From positions 310,001 through 374,000 of the forward strand of contig JAYWIR010000023.1 of NCBI GenBank assembly GCA_036172245.1: 64,000 nucleotides of DNA. The letters run 5' to 3'. Shown here piece after piece: positions 48,901 through 63,477 of this stretch. Both the position numbers and the translations under genes were made by a program. The notes under the pieces were generated by a model. It was not told the origin of the DNA. It was given only the letters and a program-made list of their open reading frames with translations, and ran no database searches. This DNA comes from Raillietiella orientalis (taxonomy: Eukaryota). Position 1 is the first letter of the stretch. Each line of letters opens with the position of its first letter.

Positions 48901-51900
48901 TGGAAGGGACAAAGGGACAAAGCACAAAGCAAGCGCGATGCGGGAACACAGAAGCAAGAAGAATCGTACCCACTGACCTTGCTGAAGGAAACCCATCTTA
49001 AACCTCGTTCGGATGCGACATGCATCGAGTTTCCTTCACGTACGTGTGTACTCGTGCGTACACGCACAAATAGCTCGCACCCCTTTACAGAGGAAGGAGC
49101 GACCGCTGCTATTAATTCACCCACTGCTCGAAAGCGACACATTTTGCAATGTCAGGCCTATAATTGCATCTAAAGTCTGTTTCATACAGCAATTTATCGG
49201 ATGCATTATCTTGTGAACGTGTAGGATGCTCCAATTAGTCTAGTATAAGCGCTAGATTAGATAAAATAACAACGCAGTTTAACAAAGCAGGCGTCTGTTT
49301 CCGTGGAAGTTTCAGAGCTTCTCGGTGAGGAATGATGATGTGCATCTCGAGAACGATCCTCCGCGGCATAATTTCGAAGAGATCTTCTTCACAGCGGTGT
49401 GCACCTGCAGTTAGCAGTCATCCAGCCCGGCAAGAAATGTTTTTTCAGTTCCACGCAGTTGTGCCATTCGAAGGGAAAGAATCGATCGTGGCGGAATTTC
49501 CGTTGATGACAAGAAACAGCTTCCTTCTCGATGCTGCTGATGACTTTTGGTGATTGGAGTTGCCAAAGCTTTTCCAGAAGCATTCAGAGGAAAAACGCGC
49601 ACTCTCTCGAGATGTCAGCAACAACACATGCTGCAAATTTTTTCTTCTTCTTCTTTCTTTTCGTTTGCCAAAGGAACCGAGAAAGGCAGCTGCTGACCCT
49701 TCCACAGGCTAAGGCAGAATCGTCGGGACCTTCGTTAGAACCCTCAACGTGAATCGTTTCCTCGTCCTTCGGCGAGTGGTCCTCGGCGCGTAACTCGTAA
49801 AGCAATCGAGTGCTTTCAACTGTCATCCGTGTTTGTGGATTCGAAACCTGATCCGTAGTTCAATTAATGAACTCCGAAGGAGAGCCGAGAAATGCATGCC
49901 GCGTGCGTGCATTTCTACATCCCAAGGCGGCGTTTGAAATTCTGATGAGGAGCACCAGTCCGACCTCGATGTGGGACGATTTGTCGAAAAAATCTGAACA
50001 GACGACTCGTTGCGCACCCTCCGGAATACAGATTCGGACCTTTTGTGTTGTTCCGAACGACTCTCCGAGGCCCCCGCGCCGGGAGACGAAAACATTCTGT
50101 GAATTTTAGGTTGTCTACCCGTTTTTGTGGTTGGCAGTCGTAACCGTTCGGTCCGTTTCCAAGAGAGGAAAAGAAATTCCCGCGAATACACTGCGTACTT
50201 CTGGTTGGTTTGCATCCGCTGTTTCCAGGCCAGCGCAGTGTATCGCGGCGGATGTGTGCACCTCACCGATGATTCGCCACACCCCGTACTGTGCAGCCGC
50301 ATAGGGAGCCAATCGCCACTCCTCGGCAACGAACGCTTTAGGATGAAGACACAGGCACTTCGGCTTCCTGCTCGTGTGAACACGAAAGCATCCCCTGCCA
50401 CCGAGGGAGGGGATGCATGCTCACCCGGGCACTCCCCAGGAAAGCCACCTTGCGCCTCGAAAGACTCGTTCGTCCTCAAGCCACGAAGTGCCAGCGAGGC
50501 GCACCGACACTGCCGGAAAAAAGAACGCTGACGTTCCGCTCAGTTGCCGGACAGAACTGCCCACGAGAAAAGAGTCAGCGTGCAGAGAGCCGCAGATTTT
50601 GGCGCAAGCCACTGACCTGCCCTTTCCGTAGACAAACCACGCAAGAGAAAAAGAAGGCACTGAAAAAGTTACAGCCACCCTGAGCGAGAATCGAAGTGGA
50701 CAAACCAGAAAGAGATTCTCCTCGAGAGTGGAGCAGTCGAGTTCCAATCCGTCATCCAATCCTAAATGCATGAAGATCAACCAATCGCTACTGCTCGTGC
50801 GATTTGCAATGGATCACATATAGATTGGTGGAAGAAAGGAAGCAGCGCGACTCCACAGAATGCTAATCACAGCACGGAGAAAGCCCGATGTCAGTTGCTT
50901 ACTAGTTCCTCCCGGCACAGAGGATGCTGCTTAACAAGGCCCATTTCTTGCTTGCGAAACTGTGATTTCCTCAGGCACCGTGCTAGCACATCCGATAACA
51001 TCCGATGCCCAGCAACGATAAAGCTTGAAACCTCAGGTCATCTTTCTGCCAGCATGCCACGCATGCGGTACGGAAACAACCGCGAAAAGTACACGTCGCT
51101 TCGCAGTCTTTGCTGCAAGCTGACTTGCTTCATTGAGGTCACCACCAAGATTTTGGCTACACAGCAGCGCTCTCCGTGCGCTGAAGACGCGCCGACCAAC
51201 CAATGCAAAGTGGTCAGCTTCACGTCAGCTTCTTCGAAGTTGAGTTCTTCGATTCGCTAATGCCGCCGTTACTCGCGTGCTTCTCGAAAAGTTTCAAGAA
51301 GCTGCTTCGCATGCATCGGTGTGTTGCAGCAACGGTTGCGTTCCAAAGAGCAGCGCTTTCTCGAACGCTTTCCTTCTTCCGTCCCCTTCAATTCTGGACT
51401 CAGATGTGGCGACATGCCAAACACGCTTAATGTTCTGCTCCCAGCGTACTGCAGGAGGAAAATCTTGACACGGAGCTGTGCTTTACTGATGGTTACAGAA
51501 AAGGCCGATCCGTCGAGTCATCAGGATCGAGAACGGCAGGTATCCTGAATCCCAGGGCTTGAACCGTGCACACGATGAAGATCTCGATCTGTTAGTGTTC
51601 GATGGCAACTGCGAAGAGAAGGCAATACCGACGCCCGTGTTAACCTGCGAACTTTGCTAGAAGACTCGAGTTCTCACTGCCGACGAAGGAGCCGCTCCAG
51701 AACTTTGTCACCCGCTAAGGAGCGGCTCCAGGAGATCAGATTGCGAGTGCTCGTCCAGTTTGCTTGCTTCGGTAGTCTTTCCGAGGCACCGCCAGCCGCA
51801 GCAAATCGTTTCCTCTTCTACACCGTGAGACCAGCGCTGTCGCTCAGTCTGGTTGCATGGCGTTAGTGCCGCGCGCGCAAGGAAGCCCTTCCGGAACAAC

Positions 51901-52619
51901 TCTTCGCGGGGTCGTCGGGGAGATTGCAAGGAGGAACAGTTGTGAAGAAAGAGAGCAAAGCACACGAGGAGACAGGGACAGGAAACGAGAAATGGGGCCA
52001 AGCAGTCGTGTGGGCCGGATTTCATGTACCGGTCACTCCCGTGGTTCTCACGCACGCAATTCACAGGGAAATCAGCCGTACATGGTACTCACGGGATCTA
52101 TCTGTTTTGATGGTACATCGGCCTGCACGCGCAGATCTCTCTCATTCCAAAGCCTCTGCTAGGAGAGAAGCCTAGAGCTGGAAAATCCCACAGAAGCGGG
52201 GGAAGCTCACAGAATCACTTGAAACCAATAGCAAGATGCCGTCGGCGTGAAGACGGCAATCTTGCTTATTGCTGCTTGTCAAAAGATCCGCACCGCGATG
52301 GACCTTTGTTAGACGGGAAGACCAGCGCTTCACGCTAGAAGAGCACCATTTTCCCTGGGTAACTTAGGTAGAAATTGAAAGCACCGCGCGTGCAGATCAC
52401 GATCTCGTCCCAGTTTCCGTGATTCGTGAGTAATCACCGAGCCTTTGACTTCCGCAACCCGAGAGGAGAAGTGAACAGTTCTAAGCATCCCTTTCTCTGA
52501 AAGATGCGTCCGTCCATCGATCCCCTCTCCTCAGCCAGTGTTGGGTGTCCATACGACCTATGTAAGATTTCCCGCATCTCGGCACTTGGATCCTCCCTCG
52601 CGTCCACCCTCGATTGGCA

Positions 52620-53400
52620 CCGTGCCGTGCAAGCCAGAAGTTCCCCGGCTGGATCGAAACTGAGCACTCTGCGCTCGGCATCTGCACGCAGCCAGTGGCC
52701 TGGCCAGTGATCTCGATAAAGGACACGCCTGGCAAAGCTCCTCTTGAATTCCTCAGTTATCCTTTCGTGAAGGGGTTCATCCTTCTGTTTCGTCCCTTCT
52801 TCCCTTCCGCTTTCCGAGAGCGTTTTCTCCTTGAGCTGCGGGAGGGAGAGGGGGGGAGACGAAAAATTTTTGTGCTCTTCACACAGTGGAGCGACTCTGC
52901 ATCCTCCCTCCCGAGAACCGACAAGCGTGTCCCGTGCTTTTCGAGCAGGATGAGGGGATTAGCAGGAAGGAGAGATGCGCACCAGTTCCACAGGTGCTTT
53001 GAACCCGTTCGAATGCTACAGGTGCAGTCCATCCCTCGGGAGATAATGCTTTGACTCGTTACCTGCCCTCCTTGGGCAAAAGGCCTGAAAAGCTCACTTG
53101 TCGATCGTCCGAAGCGGTGCCTGTGCACAGTAGGCCAGAAGGGCCGACAGACGGGCGTCCAGCATCCCATGCTCCAAGCGCACGGGCAGAACTCGAGCGG
53201 CCTCCGTTCCGTCGACCTGAGCAAGTCGCCGCACGCAAGCCCTCCGCCCCTTTCTTTGCCCTCGGTTGCCAGTGCATGCGTGAGTGTTCACCTGTTGGTG
53301 TAGGCGTTCAGGGAGCCATTTTTCTCAACCCTTTGGTAGGCTACGAAACGGCAGGCAAGTTGCGCCGGTCTTCTGGAAAAGCGCGCGCTGCCCCAGCGTT
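52620..53400 (+). pseudogene. nad1 NUMT relic
   Basis: ISIKDTPGKAPLEFLSYPFVKGFILL aligns ungapped to [26 protein letters not shown]. 3' extent is a guess. Confidence 0.45.
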
Positions 53401-55611
53401 CCCCTCTCCTTCCCTGGTCTTCTCTCGCCGGAACCGTCCTGGGGAAGGGCCAGCTGCCTCCCAGCTGCTTTTGCTGGGAAACCACGCTGCCCCTCAGGAG
53501 CACTCCACACCCTTCGCTGCGTGCGCGCCGAGCCAACGGATCATCCGTTCGATACCGATCCACCTGCACGTCCCAGTGTCTTCGTGCTGCATCTCTACTG
53601 GGCACCGCCTCCTTCCTCCTCGCAACGACTCGGCGACTTCCAGTGGCCTGCGACTCCCCGAGACGCTCCGCGTGCGGCAGGCACGCAGATGCAGGTGATC
53701 CTACCCACCAGCCTTCTCTCCCGCGCTGAGGAGTCTCTTCCAGGATGTAGCTTCCTGAAGGCAAGGGAATTTGTGAGAATGTTCTTCTCGTGGAAACGGC
53801 TCCCCACATCCTCTCGATGCTCTTGCTCGTAGCTTAAGAAGGCAGTGATGTGTGCTTGAGCCATCTGAATTCCGGGAAGTCGCTAGTGGTGATCCCTTCC
53901 GTCGTAAGGAAACTTTCGAAGGCACGCATCTCACAGCCGTTGTCCCGTCCTGCTGGACCCGTCGCCCGCTTACCGGAGGGGGGGGGCAAGGTTAACGTGC
54001 AGGCGTGTATACAAAGGGGCCTGGAAACGACAGGGTGGAAAGGTGGGTTGTGCGCTGCCACTTGGGTGCGTGTCGGCCGTCGCGGAAAGGGATCAACTCT
54101 CCCAGCCGGTCACACACTCCGGGGCTAGCCAGGAAAAAAAATGCAAAAGCACCTGAGCGCAGACGAGTTCCTGTACGGAGTCGAATGGAGTCTCATGATG
54201 CGCTCGCAGAGAGGATACGCTCTCTCTCGGAGCCTACTTTCCATGCAGAAAGAGAAAGCAAACCCATTGCAACCTTCCGCTGTCGGCGAACCGAGTGGAC
54301 GCCTCGCCGGCGCTGTCCAAGCTGTCTCTTTTCCACTTCTTGGCTTTAGCCTCCAGCCCTTGCACACTTTCCAGGAGCAGCCATCAGTCTGTCGCTGTCT
54401 CACGCGACAAAATTGCCTAAGGCAAAAAGTGTTGCATCCGCACCCTCCTCCCTGCTTCTGGCTTCTGGAGGCGCTCACCGGAGGCCGAAAACAAGCGCCA
54501 GAAGAAGAATGGTTGCCACCGACATTTGCCTCGTCCAGATGCATGCAAGAAAGGACGCGGTGAGCATGACTACAGCAGGCTGTTGAGACAGGGCTGGAAG
54601 TGAGAGTCAGGTATGTGGGGCCACGCGTCCATCGGGTGTCCTCAGAAGACAGGAAGCGCGTTTTCTCACCAGCTAACACTTTCACTGCGATCTGGAAAAG
54701 GCTGTTTCGGACTGCATGCGCCACTCGCGCATCCAACAAATATATGGTTTGGGAAGGTCGCGTCAGCAGTCTGATGACCGAAAAAGAACTGCTAACCGCA
54801 AGCGTCGATCACCACGACACGCGACTCGTTTGCCCCAAAGTTTGCAGCAAGTGCGAGCTCAGACAGTTTTGCTTCCTGGGAGTAAAGGCGGGCCTCCGAA
54901 GGTTGTCTGTTGTGGGTCATGAGTCTGTCCAAGGACGAAGTGCAGAACGGCACGCAGCCAGGTACAATTTTTCGTCGTTCTGCTTACTTTCTGCTGGCGG
55001 CCTCCTGTGCGAGAGACTCAGAGAAATCGGCATCTTAGACCGCCAATGAAAAATGAACACTTGATTCCTTAGCAGGGCGTAATCCGAACAGACCAACGGC
55101 CTCCTTGAGACCGCGCCTCCTCTTCCGTGCACATTGGGCAAAAAACAGAACTCACGAGGCAAGGGTTCCGGCAGGAACGCATGGAAAACACAGCCTTGTC
55201 CCTCCGCAGGGGCTGCCTTCCTTTCCGGTCTGCCTTTCTTTCGCGTCTTCGTGTTGGTGTTCACATTCGCATGGGAAGATACATCTGCAGCTGGACACCA
55301 GGGTCTCTGATCTGGCATACGGCAAGTGGTAAGCTTTGCTGCTCCCCTGTGACAGAGCAGGCACTTTCTTCCGCGCGCTCCCAAAAGTGGGGGGAGAGGG
55401 GTGACGAAGTGTGAGGGTCGCCGGAGTCTTGGGAAGCACCAGCGAACGAAGTTAATAAACAACATCGGCGTACTCGCCTTGCTGGAATGAGATCAGGGTT
55501 GCAGTCTGCTTCCTCACTTCCTTGCATCCTGATTCCTCGAATATTCCTTGATTCCCGTACATCCCGCCATCTAGCTTTGTGATTCTCTGAGCTAGGATTT
55601 CCCGTACTCAC

Positions 55612-55619
55612 CTGGTCAT
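55612..55619 (-). CDS. IDE: Candidate coding part of IDE exon 1 (ATG ACC AG|GTGAGT)
   Basis: Consensus donor AG|GTGAGT. Phase 2 matches the acceptor at 37019, giving MTS-NAFSGG. In-frame stop upstream of the ATG; head-to-head with the next gene. Confidence 0.55.
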
Positions 55620-55849
55620 TAAATTCACAAATGCTGATGTGTACAAGTAAGGACTTTTTTTTCAGGATAATAGGCTGGTCTGTCCGTTCTGCCGAAACGG
55701 ACGCCTATGTGTATGCGTACGCGGGGGCATTCCCAGCTGACCTTCGCGACCCACAGCAGCAGAGATGCAATGATGGCGATTGGTGATGCGTTGAGGTGGC
55801 TGTGTGTTTGTGGTGTGGTCGCGTAGCTGTTTTGTTTGCAGCATCAAAT
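55620..55849. promoter_or_regulatory. Candidate bidirectional promoter (IDE / syntrophin)
   Basis: 230 bp between divergent ATGs; locally CpG-containing. Depends on the IDE exon 1 call. Confidence 0.4.
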
Positions 55850-58325
55850 ATGATTACGGATGAGCTTCGACAGGAGGTATTACAATTGGGGGGATAAAAC
55901 TTTTCATTTCAATTAATGTTTGTTTGTGATTCCAAAGGTTATTCCCGGAGAGCTAAGCCTGAATGATGGGAAGTGCAACTTTTATCCAGTAAAGCTTGTG
56001 TTGTTCCCAGATCGTTTGGAAATCTCCAAAAGTACTGTGCACAGCGATTCGTGTTTAGCCAAAGATATCAGGAATGAGGTAAGTTTTGGACACCCGAATC
56101 TGCGCCGAGGAACAAAGCAAACTGAAAGCGAGAATTTTGTTTTCAAGGAGCGGATTGTTACATTAATTAAAAAAAAAGGCAGCATGTGGGGTCTGATGTT
56201 GAAAGGAGGAGCAGAGTATCAATCACCAATTTTGATTGCAAAGATTTGCAAGGATTTTGCTGCAGATGTTATTGGAACACTTTTAATTGGTGATGCTATT
56301 CTGGAAGGTTCGAGAAAATTTTCTCTTTGTAAAGTGCATGTGGGCATAATAATAAAGAAATAATCATAAAGATTGCTTATGTTTTACGAAGTGCTTCGCA
56401 ATTTTAGCACGTGATGATTCTTAAATTGTTCTTTTTCCCAGTTAATGGAAAAAGTTTACTTGGTCTGACTCATCATGAAGCCATAAGCATTCTGAATAAT
56501 GAAGGGGAAAAACTCACCTTGGCAGTAAAGCCTTACTGTACTGTTTCTCCATTCTTTGTCAACAATTGTAAGCAAGCTGGAAAGAGTATAGTGATTGTGA
56601 AAATTAAAAAACTGAAATAGTACAAGAGCATAAACAATATGTAACTGAAGCATCCACTGTATTGAAAAAATTAGAGACTTGCGAGGGTTGGAAAAGTTGT
56701 GAGATGACGGATACCAATTATTGTGATCCAGTTCTGTTAGAGGATTCATTAAAAAATACAGGTAAATGACAAACAGAATTTCATTTCAATCCTGTGCCTA
56801 GTATCAGTGCCTCTGTTCCTGGCATATGTTAGTCCTCACATTAAGGGTACAGATAGGTTGAGGCCTAATGCCTTTGAAGTACATAATGTTACTGAAAACA
56901 TATCTGTAGTAATCCATTGTGACACACCTGTCACATTATCTACTGCCATTAGAAAAATAACGTTGAACATTGAGAAACTTGGAAATTTACATAGGGAAAT
57001 GCTTAATGAGAAGTTCTTCAATGAGCATGTGTCATACATGGGCTGGGTATGCCAAGCCATACCTGATGATTGCACATCCCAGATAATGTGGGAAATGAAA
57101 TTTCTGTCATTGAAAGGACATAATGTTTACATATTTAATCAGGCTCCTGTAAATATTTGTTTGTATCATGGGAAAACAAAATTTGGCACAGACATCTTTA
57201 GAAAGTTGGTCCCAGTGCCCATGTGTGCATCATGTGTGCTGTACCATGTTTCAGGCAGTGAAAGCATCAGAGTATATAGATGAAAGACAGCACTGCTTCA
57301 TTTTAAAGACATCAGCTTCAAATAGCAATTATTTTTCTGTAGAAAGCAGTGAAGAACTGCTAAAATTTCAAGCTTTATGGAGTAAGATTTTGTTTGAAGC
57401 AGTGGTTCAATTCAAGGTATAAATTTTTTTTTCTTGCAGTTGCTGCTCAAATATGTAATATTTCAGAGCAGGACATTTTTCGTTATGCATGAAGGTTACA
57501 ATGCTAACCTTACTTTAGATTGGAATTCAGGGTTTATTCTACATGATTTGGATAAGGGTGAATGCAAGTGGAAGTATCGTTTTGCAGAACTCAAGAAGTC
57601 ATCAGATGATAAGAAAAGTATTCTCAAACTGGTGTTTCAGACACAAGAATCAGAAAATTACATTTTAAAGGTTAGGATTTTTTTTCTTGCCATTTATGAA
57701 GAAATACACTGTTAGGCTAATATCAAGGGTTTAATTATTGTACAAGTCACTATTGTATGACAAATTCAACTTTACAGTCCAGGGATCCTTGTAAGTTATA
57801 GCAGTTTCTGCGTAAAGGAATAATTCATCAATTTAGCACCTATTTCACTTTCCTTTCACGACTTTTCTTTTTCACTTTCCTTCAGTTTCAGTTAAATTTT
57901 TATTCATAGCTTTGGTTTCTGTGTATGATTTTCTTTTCTAAATCAAAATAATTGGAAAAACAGTAAAACAAATGTTTTCTTCAGTTTGATCACTGTAACA
58001 TTCTGCACTTGAGAATTTTCAGGCATTTTCTCTTGGGTGTTTGTAATGGGAAAACTGTTTTTCGATGCTTTAAATAAGTGATTTTTCCACTCCCGCAGTA
58101 CAAATTAATAGTTCATCAACATCTCTTTTCATGTGCTTGATTTCTTGGAATTGTGAGATATGTATCATGAGTAATGCTTTGATGTGCTTTCTTTTTTTTT
58201 ATTTTCTGTAGGAGCTGTATTGTGCAGAACTGCAAAATTTGTTGTTTTTTATAAATGCATTTCTTACTGCAAAAGTGACTTCTATTGAGTGCCAGCTTTT
58301 GCGAGATGGAATTCCTTCCCACTAG
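55850..58325 (+). CDS. Gamma-type syntrophin (PDZ, split PH, SU domains)
   Basis: Exons 55850-55876, 55938-56078, 56148-56307, 56442 onward, last 58212-58325. PDZ GLMLKGGAE...IGDAILEVNG..LTHHEAI; GTDRLRPNAFEV; YMGWV; DERQHCF; WKYRFAELKKSSDD; NAFLTAKV. Confidence 0.9.
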
Positions 58326-61300
58326 TTTTTACAATGGATTCTACATTCTTGTTATTACAAGGCAGTAATAGAGAGACAATTGTTATGTATTCAAAAGTTT
58401 AGTCCCTGTAAAGACTGCAAGGACTAAACAGACAGTTATGATTGAAAAAAGAAATTTGCATTTTTTTGGTAAACTGTCTAGTTTATTTTCCCTACCAGAA
58501 AATTCTGGAATAGGAGAATGGAATGTTACAACTGTGTAGAAATGTATATATTTCTGAGTAAGAAACATGAGTATTTGACAACTTTCTTAGCAGCAATAAA
58601 AGTGAAATCTTAATTCTATCATGAATTTCAGCATTCATTCCTCATTCTTTTAAATAATCCTGTCTGCTAGCATGATAAAACAAGTGAGAAGCATCTGTTT
58701 GCTTTAGTCTCTTTCGATCGATGTACATGGAGGCACTTCTACATCTCTCAGTGGTTGTTATATCACATGCACTGCATGTTTTTGCATATGGTATTATAAG
58801 AATCTTTTATTTTGTGTGGGAAAGTGTTGTCTTTATGGTCACAAGTTGAGAAATGTTGGGTTGATCTTTGAAGAGAAATACAATTGTAATCAAAGATGCA
58901 ATGGCATCAGCTAGTAAATTTGTTTGCATGCCTTCTGAAATGCTCAAATGATTCTTACAAATCCAGAAAAGATGTAGGCACCCAGCAGGTGCAGGCTTCT
59001 ATTACTGGATCTCATTAAAGTAAAGGGTGATTGGTCACTGTAAAAATTGGATGGGAACACGTAGATAACCAGTATAATTTTTCTCATGATATACTGGAAA
59101 AAAAAGAGTTGAGTAAAATGGTTGATTACCCATATGTTTGGTAAAAGTCTTGCCAGCTCAGTTGAAAGGACACCAGTCAAACACTTTCAGAATCAAAATG
59201 GTAAACGTGCTGGTATGCAATTCTGAATCTGGCTGATAAGGGAAATCAGACCTACAACATGCGCACATTTGTGAGAAGCAGTCTCCACAATTTATGAGGA
59301 TATGGGATGGATTGAGGGTTATTGTGACATTGTGTATTGCAAACGACAACATTGTAGAATGGACTCTGAAATAATTAAAATTGCATGATCTGTATGAGAT
59401 CTCGGTTGAATCAATGGAAGGAAAATCCAAAATGTAAAGTGACTTTTTGGATTCTTCTTATGTAGTGAAGCCTTCTGCCCAAATCCGCATGGCATGATGG
59501 GTGTGGTGGACGAAAAATGGTTGTAAAACGAGCATATTTGGAAATGCGACTGAAATTCCTTGTTGCTCATTTGGTTTGTGGATTCGAAGAGTGATGAAAT
59601 GCATAACTACTAATTTGAATCAACATTCACCGCGAAGTTTTTCTTAGTTGCATTTGCTCCTTCGAATTTTGTCTCGATTCATTTTACACGCAATAGTCAA
59701 TAAGTAGTTTGGGGGCATTTTCTCACACAAGTGGTTCTCTTGTTTATTATTTTCATCTTGTTTTCCTCATCCTGCAATAGATAGAAAGCTGATTTGTCTC
59801 ATAACATGGTGATTTGTTATTCTGATATGGCTTGCTGGAGAAGAAAACCTTGAGCACTTCCGGTGAGCTATGAATGAACTCTAAATAAACGAAGTCATTG
59901 AGGAAGTGATTCTTGCAAAATGAAGTCTAGATAAATACGTCTAGCATTGCATCTGTTTGCATTCCGTTCTGTTTTATCTTTGCCCCTTAGTGCCCGAAGT
60001 CAGATTCCTAAAGTGCAGTTTATGGATTTGTGATCTGCCATTTCTGTTTTGTTATGATTATCTTCTCAATGGCCTGCCAGGCCATACGTGCACCCGGCAC
60101 TGAAATTTAGTGGTGCTGTACGTCTTCTGTAGACAAGAACCAATTCGTCCACGCAAGCAAGAAGTCCAAGTTGAGATTACTGCAAAGATTTGCGTGAAGT
60201 GCTCATAAAAATCATGCGAAAGGTTATAGGAGTTTTTGATTTTTTTACCAATCACGCCTAATTGCAAAAAGATGTAATCAATCCTATATAGACTTCTGAA
60301 GCAATCCATTTCATATCTGAATACGAAGAAATATCAGTTCTTCTCTGCGTGTTTTCGCAACCAGATCATTTTATCGCTATATCTGAAAATGCATGACTGC
60401 TAGGAACAATGGGAATTTTCATGAATAAAATTGCTTGTTTAATTCAGATCACATCCGTACCACAATACCACCACCCATATTTCATCAAGCTATTGTGGAG
60501 TGGTTTTCTTGGTTGAACTTTGTAACCCTGACTTATTCAAAAGGTGAATGCTACCAACATCTGAAGACAATTGACAATTTCGTTTTTTCTGTTTAATTTT
60601 GTTTTTCCAGCATTCGCTTGTTATATGAAAATGTTTTTAGCATAACATCGGCCACAACAAATTGTTGTTGTGAGAACTTTGAAAAAGTTGTCCTCTTGGA
60701 AAAAAATCATTTGTTTTCGTCCGTTCCAATACTTGAGCTACTTACATTCTAATGAAAATACCCATTTATTATAAATACTACTGTTTTTCTCATAAAGCAT
60801 TTATATTAAGTTAATTTAATATTCTCAAGAACTTCCTGTATAGGAGGTAAATTGGTGCGCATTAGTGTGCGTATAGAAGCTGATTCAGTCCTTATGGAAG
60901 CTTTTTTGCGCGCATTATGATGAACGTAATCGAACTATTCAAACGATAAATTTTGTTCACATGGTTGCAAAATTGTCTCACATTCCCTAGCATGTTGTCT
61001 TGCAGTGTGTAGATATTGCTTGTTGATTCCTTGAATCTCATTTTTCGAGTCTTTTTGTGTTGCATGTTACCGCAACTGTGTGTTCCATAGCATTTTTTTT
61101 CCGGTGTCCTCTGCACATATATCGCTACTGATGACTAATGAGGCAAGAAGAGTGAATTCGATTGGAGTTGGAATTCTGTCAGGAATTGTTATCTGTCCAA
61201 AAGCCCCGACGATCTCACATGCTTGCTGCTTTCCTGAATTCTCATGTTTGTTGCTAACATCCGTTTAGGGGTACATTTTTCTTGCCAACTGCGTAATGTG

Positions 61301-63477
61301 GAACACTGTTATCATCTGCAATGCAAAGACAGCCAGAAAAAAATTGGAAATCTCTTATTCGTTTTCACTTTTTATGATTTTTTTCATCTTTATGAATTTG
61401 CAACAAGAAAATGATCATGTCTCTAAATGATCTTAGCATAATATTTGTATTATGACTGTACGCTTTTCCGTTTCCACCATATTATTATTGTTTGATTTTT
61501 TTGATGATGAATTTTGAATCTTAATAAGGAAATCTTGACACTGGAATCGAAATTCAGTAGAAAAATTTTCTAGCACTTGAATGAGAGGATGCTCCTGAAT
61601 AGCAATGAGGAAAAAATACAGATGTAGATGTAAACAAGAGATTCTCGAGTAAATTCGGAACATCATCATTTCATTAAGGGCTATTAAAGATGTGTACTTG
61701 CAAATTCTCAGTCAGTTTTCGTGCATAATGAATGGCAGGAATATGAGACGAAGAAAGGAAGAGTGTAAACACTCAGTCGAGCGGATGTCCTGCCAAGCGG
61801 CCATATTGAGTAAAGAGCATCTTGCCACATGCATCCATGTTTACTACGAAGAAGAAATGAAACAAAAGGTTCGACATTGGGCGTTTGAACTTACTCCACA
61901 GTCAAATTTAGTCGGTAAACTGGAGCACAGGATACAACTCTAAAAAGGTTTCCGAATGGGAAATCATTCCAGCGATCCTTGTAGAAATCAAGAAAAGAGT
62001 CATGTCATTCTTTTTGTAAGGCAGGGGAGATTAAATGTGTTTGATGCCTTGAAAACCAAATGGAATTGTCGAGAGAGAGCAGAACGAAAGAAATGAACTG
62101 GTCTATGGAGTTTGCAGACTCCTTGAGGAATATAGAGGTCACAATGGAAGCGAAAATGACAACAGCAAGCTACATTCTTCAAGGATTCGCAAAGTAGTAT
62201 TTCGATCGGTCGTACAGAAACTAAATGCACGGTATAGCTGCGAGACGAAACCGAGAATATCAGCTGGTTTTCTGTGAACATGTCCGTTTACCTAGTTTCG
62301 ATTATTCCCTATTATTCGCATAATTTAGTTATACATAGAATTGCTGGAAAATTTAGTTTAATCTCCTACAGTTATTGTCTTTTAGAATTCCATCAATAAT
62401 TTACACAGTAATAATTTCCCATGCTTAGACAGTCACAGTTGCTCTAAATTCCATAAGTATAGCTGCAGACGTAACTGCAAGCAGTAAACCAGCTGCTTTT
62501 ATTTCCAGTTTCAAACATATGTAATCCGTAAAATTATTTTACCTAGGGAAACTGAAATAATATATCATTTGTCATGTTAGTTTATGAGGTAATTAAGTAT
62601 TTGTTTTGAATTTTTAAAAAATGTAAAGCATCAATTTAAATTCAATTTCGAAACAGCAATTCTGATTTGGCGCGGTCTACCGATTTGAATGGTAGCCAAA
62701 TGCATTTCATGTTGGCGCATTGTTAAAATTTAGTCGAAATGGACTTGAAACAGTCTGAAGATTCATGTTTTTGAAAGCAATCAGATTCCTTATAAGCATT
62801 GATGGTATTAATATTATATCATAACTAGTGTTAATACGTAAACAAAGGGATGGTTTTACTAGCACCTAGGATAAATAAGCCTACAGTAATTTTAGTCTCA
62901 TTCTTGTACTTTCACCAGAGTAAAAATTGTCATCTGTTGTGCATTTTTAATGGAGTAAGCTCTGGTGGGGCATGTCTGTTGGATGTAATCCTTCAGTGAA
63001 TCTTGCAATGTTCAAGGTCGAAAAATTCTCATTAGTCCAATTAGTTTTTATATGGGCGTGTAAACTTTTAGCATGGAATCTCAAAACAATTTCGTGTTCA
63101 GCTGTTCCAAATATCTTGAGAAATTATATAGTAATTTGGCGTCAGATAAACAGGAAAATTTTGCAAATAAGGCAAATAATATATTGCAAATTGTTCTCCA
63201 GTTACTTATAGATAAGAATAGAACCAATGATAAGTAAGTTTTGTTGATCTCATACATAGTTCTGGTCAAATGACCATCATGTTATTACTAGATCGTAAAT
63301 TTCGTTTTGTAATTGTGTTTTCTTATGCTATGTCCCTATCTATGTCTTGTTGATTGCTATGTAAGTCAGAATGAAATTTTGAAACTAGTCTTTACCTTCC
63401 TACCTTTTTCACTGTTTTATTTCACTTTCTAAAAGTGTAAGAGAATTGAGTTCATTTGGTATATGTTCTATTCAAGG

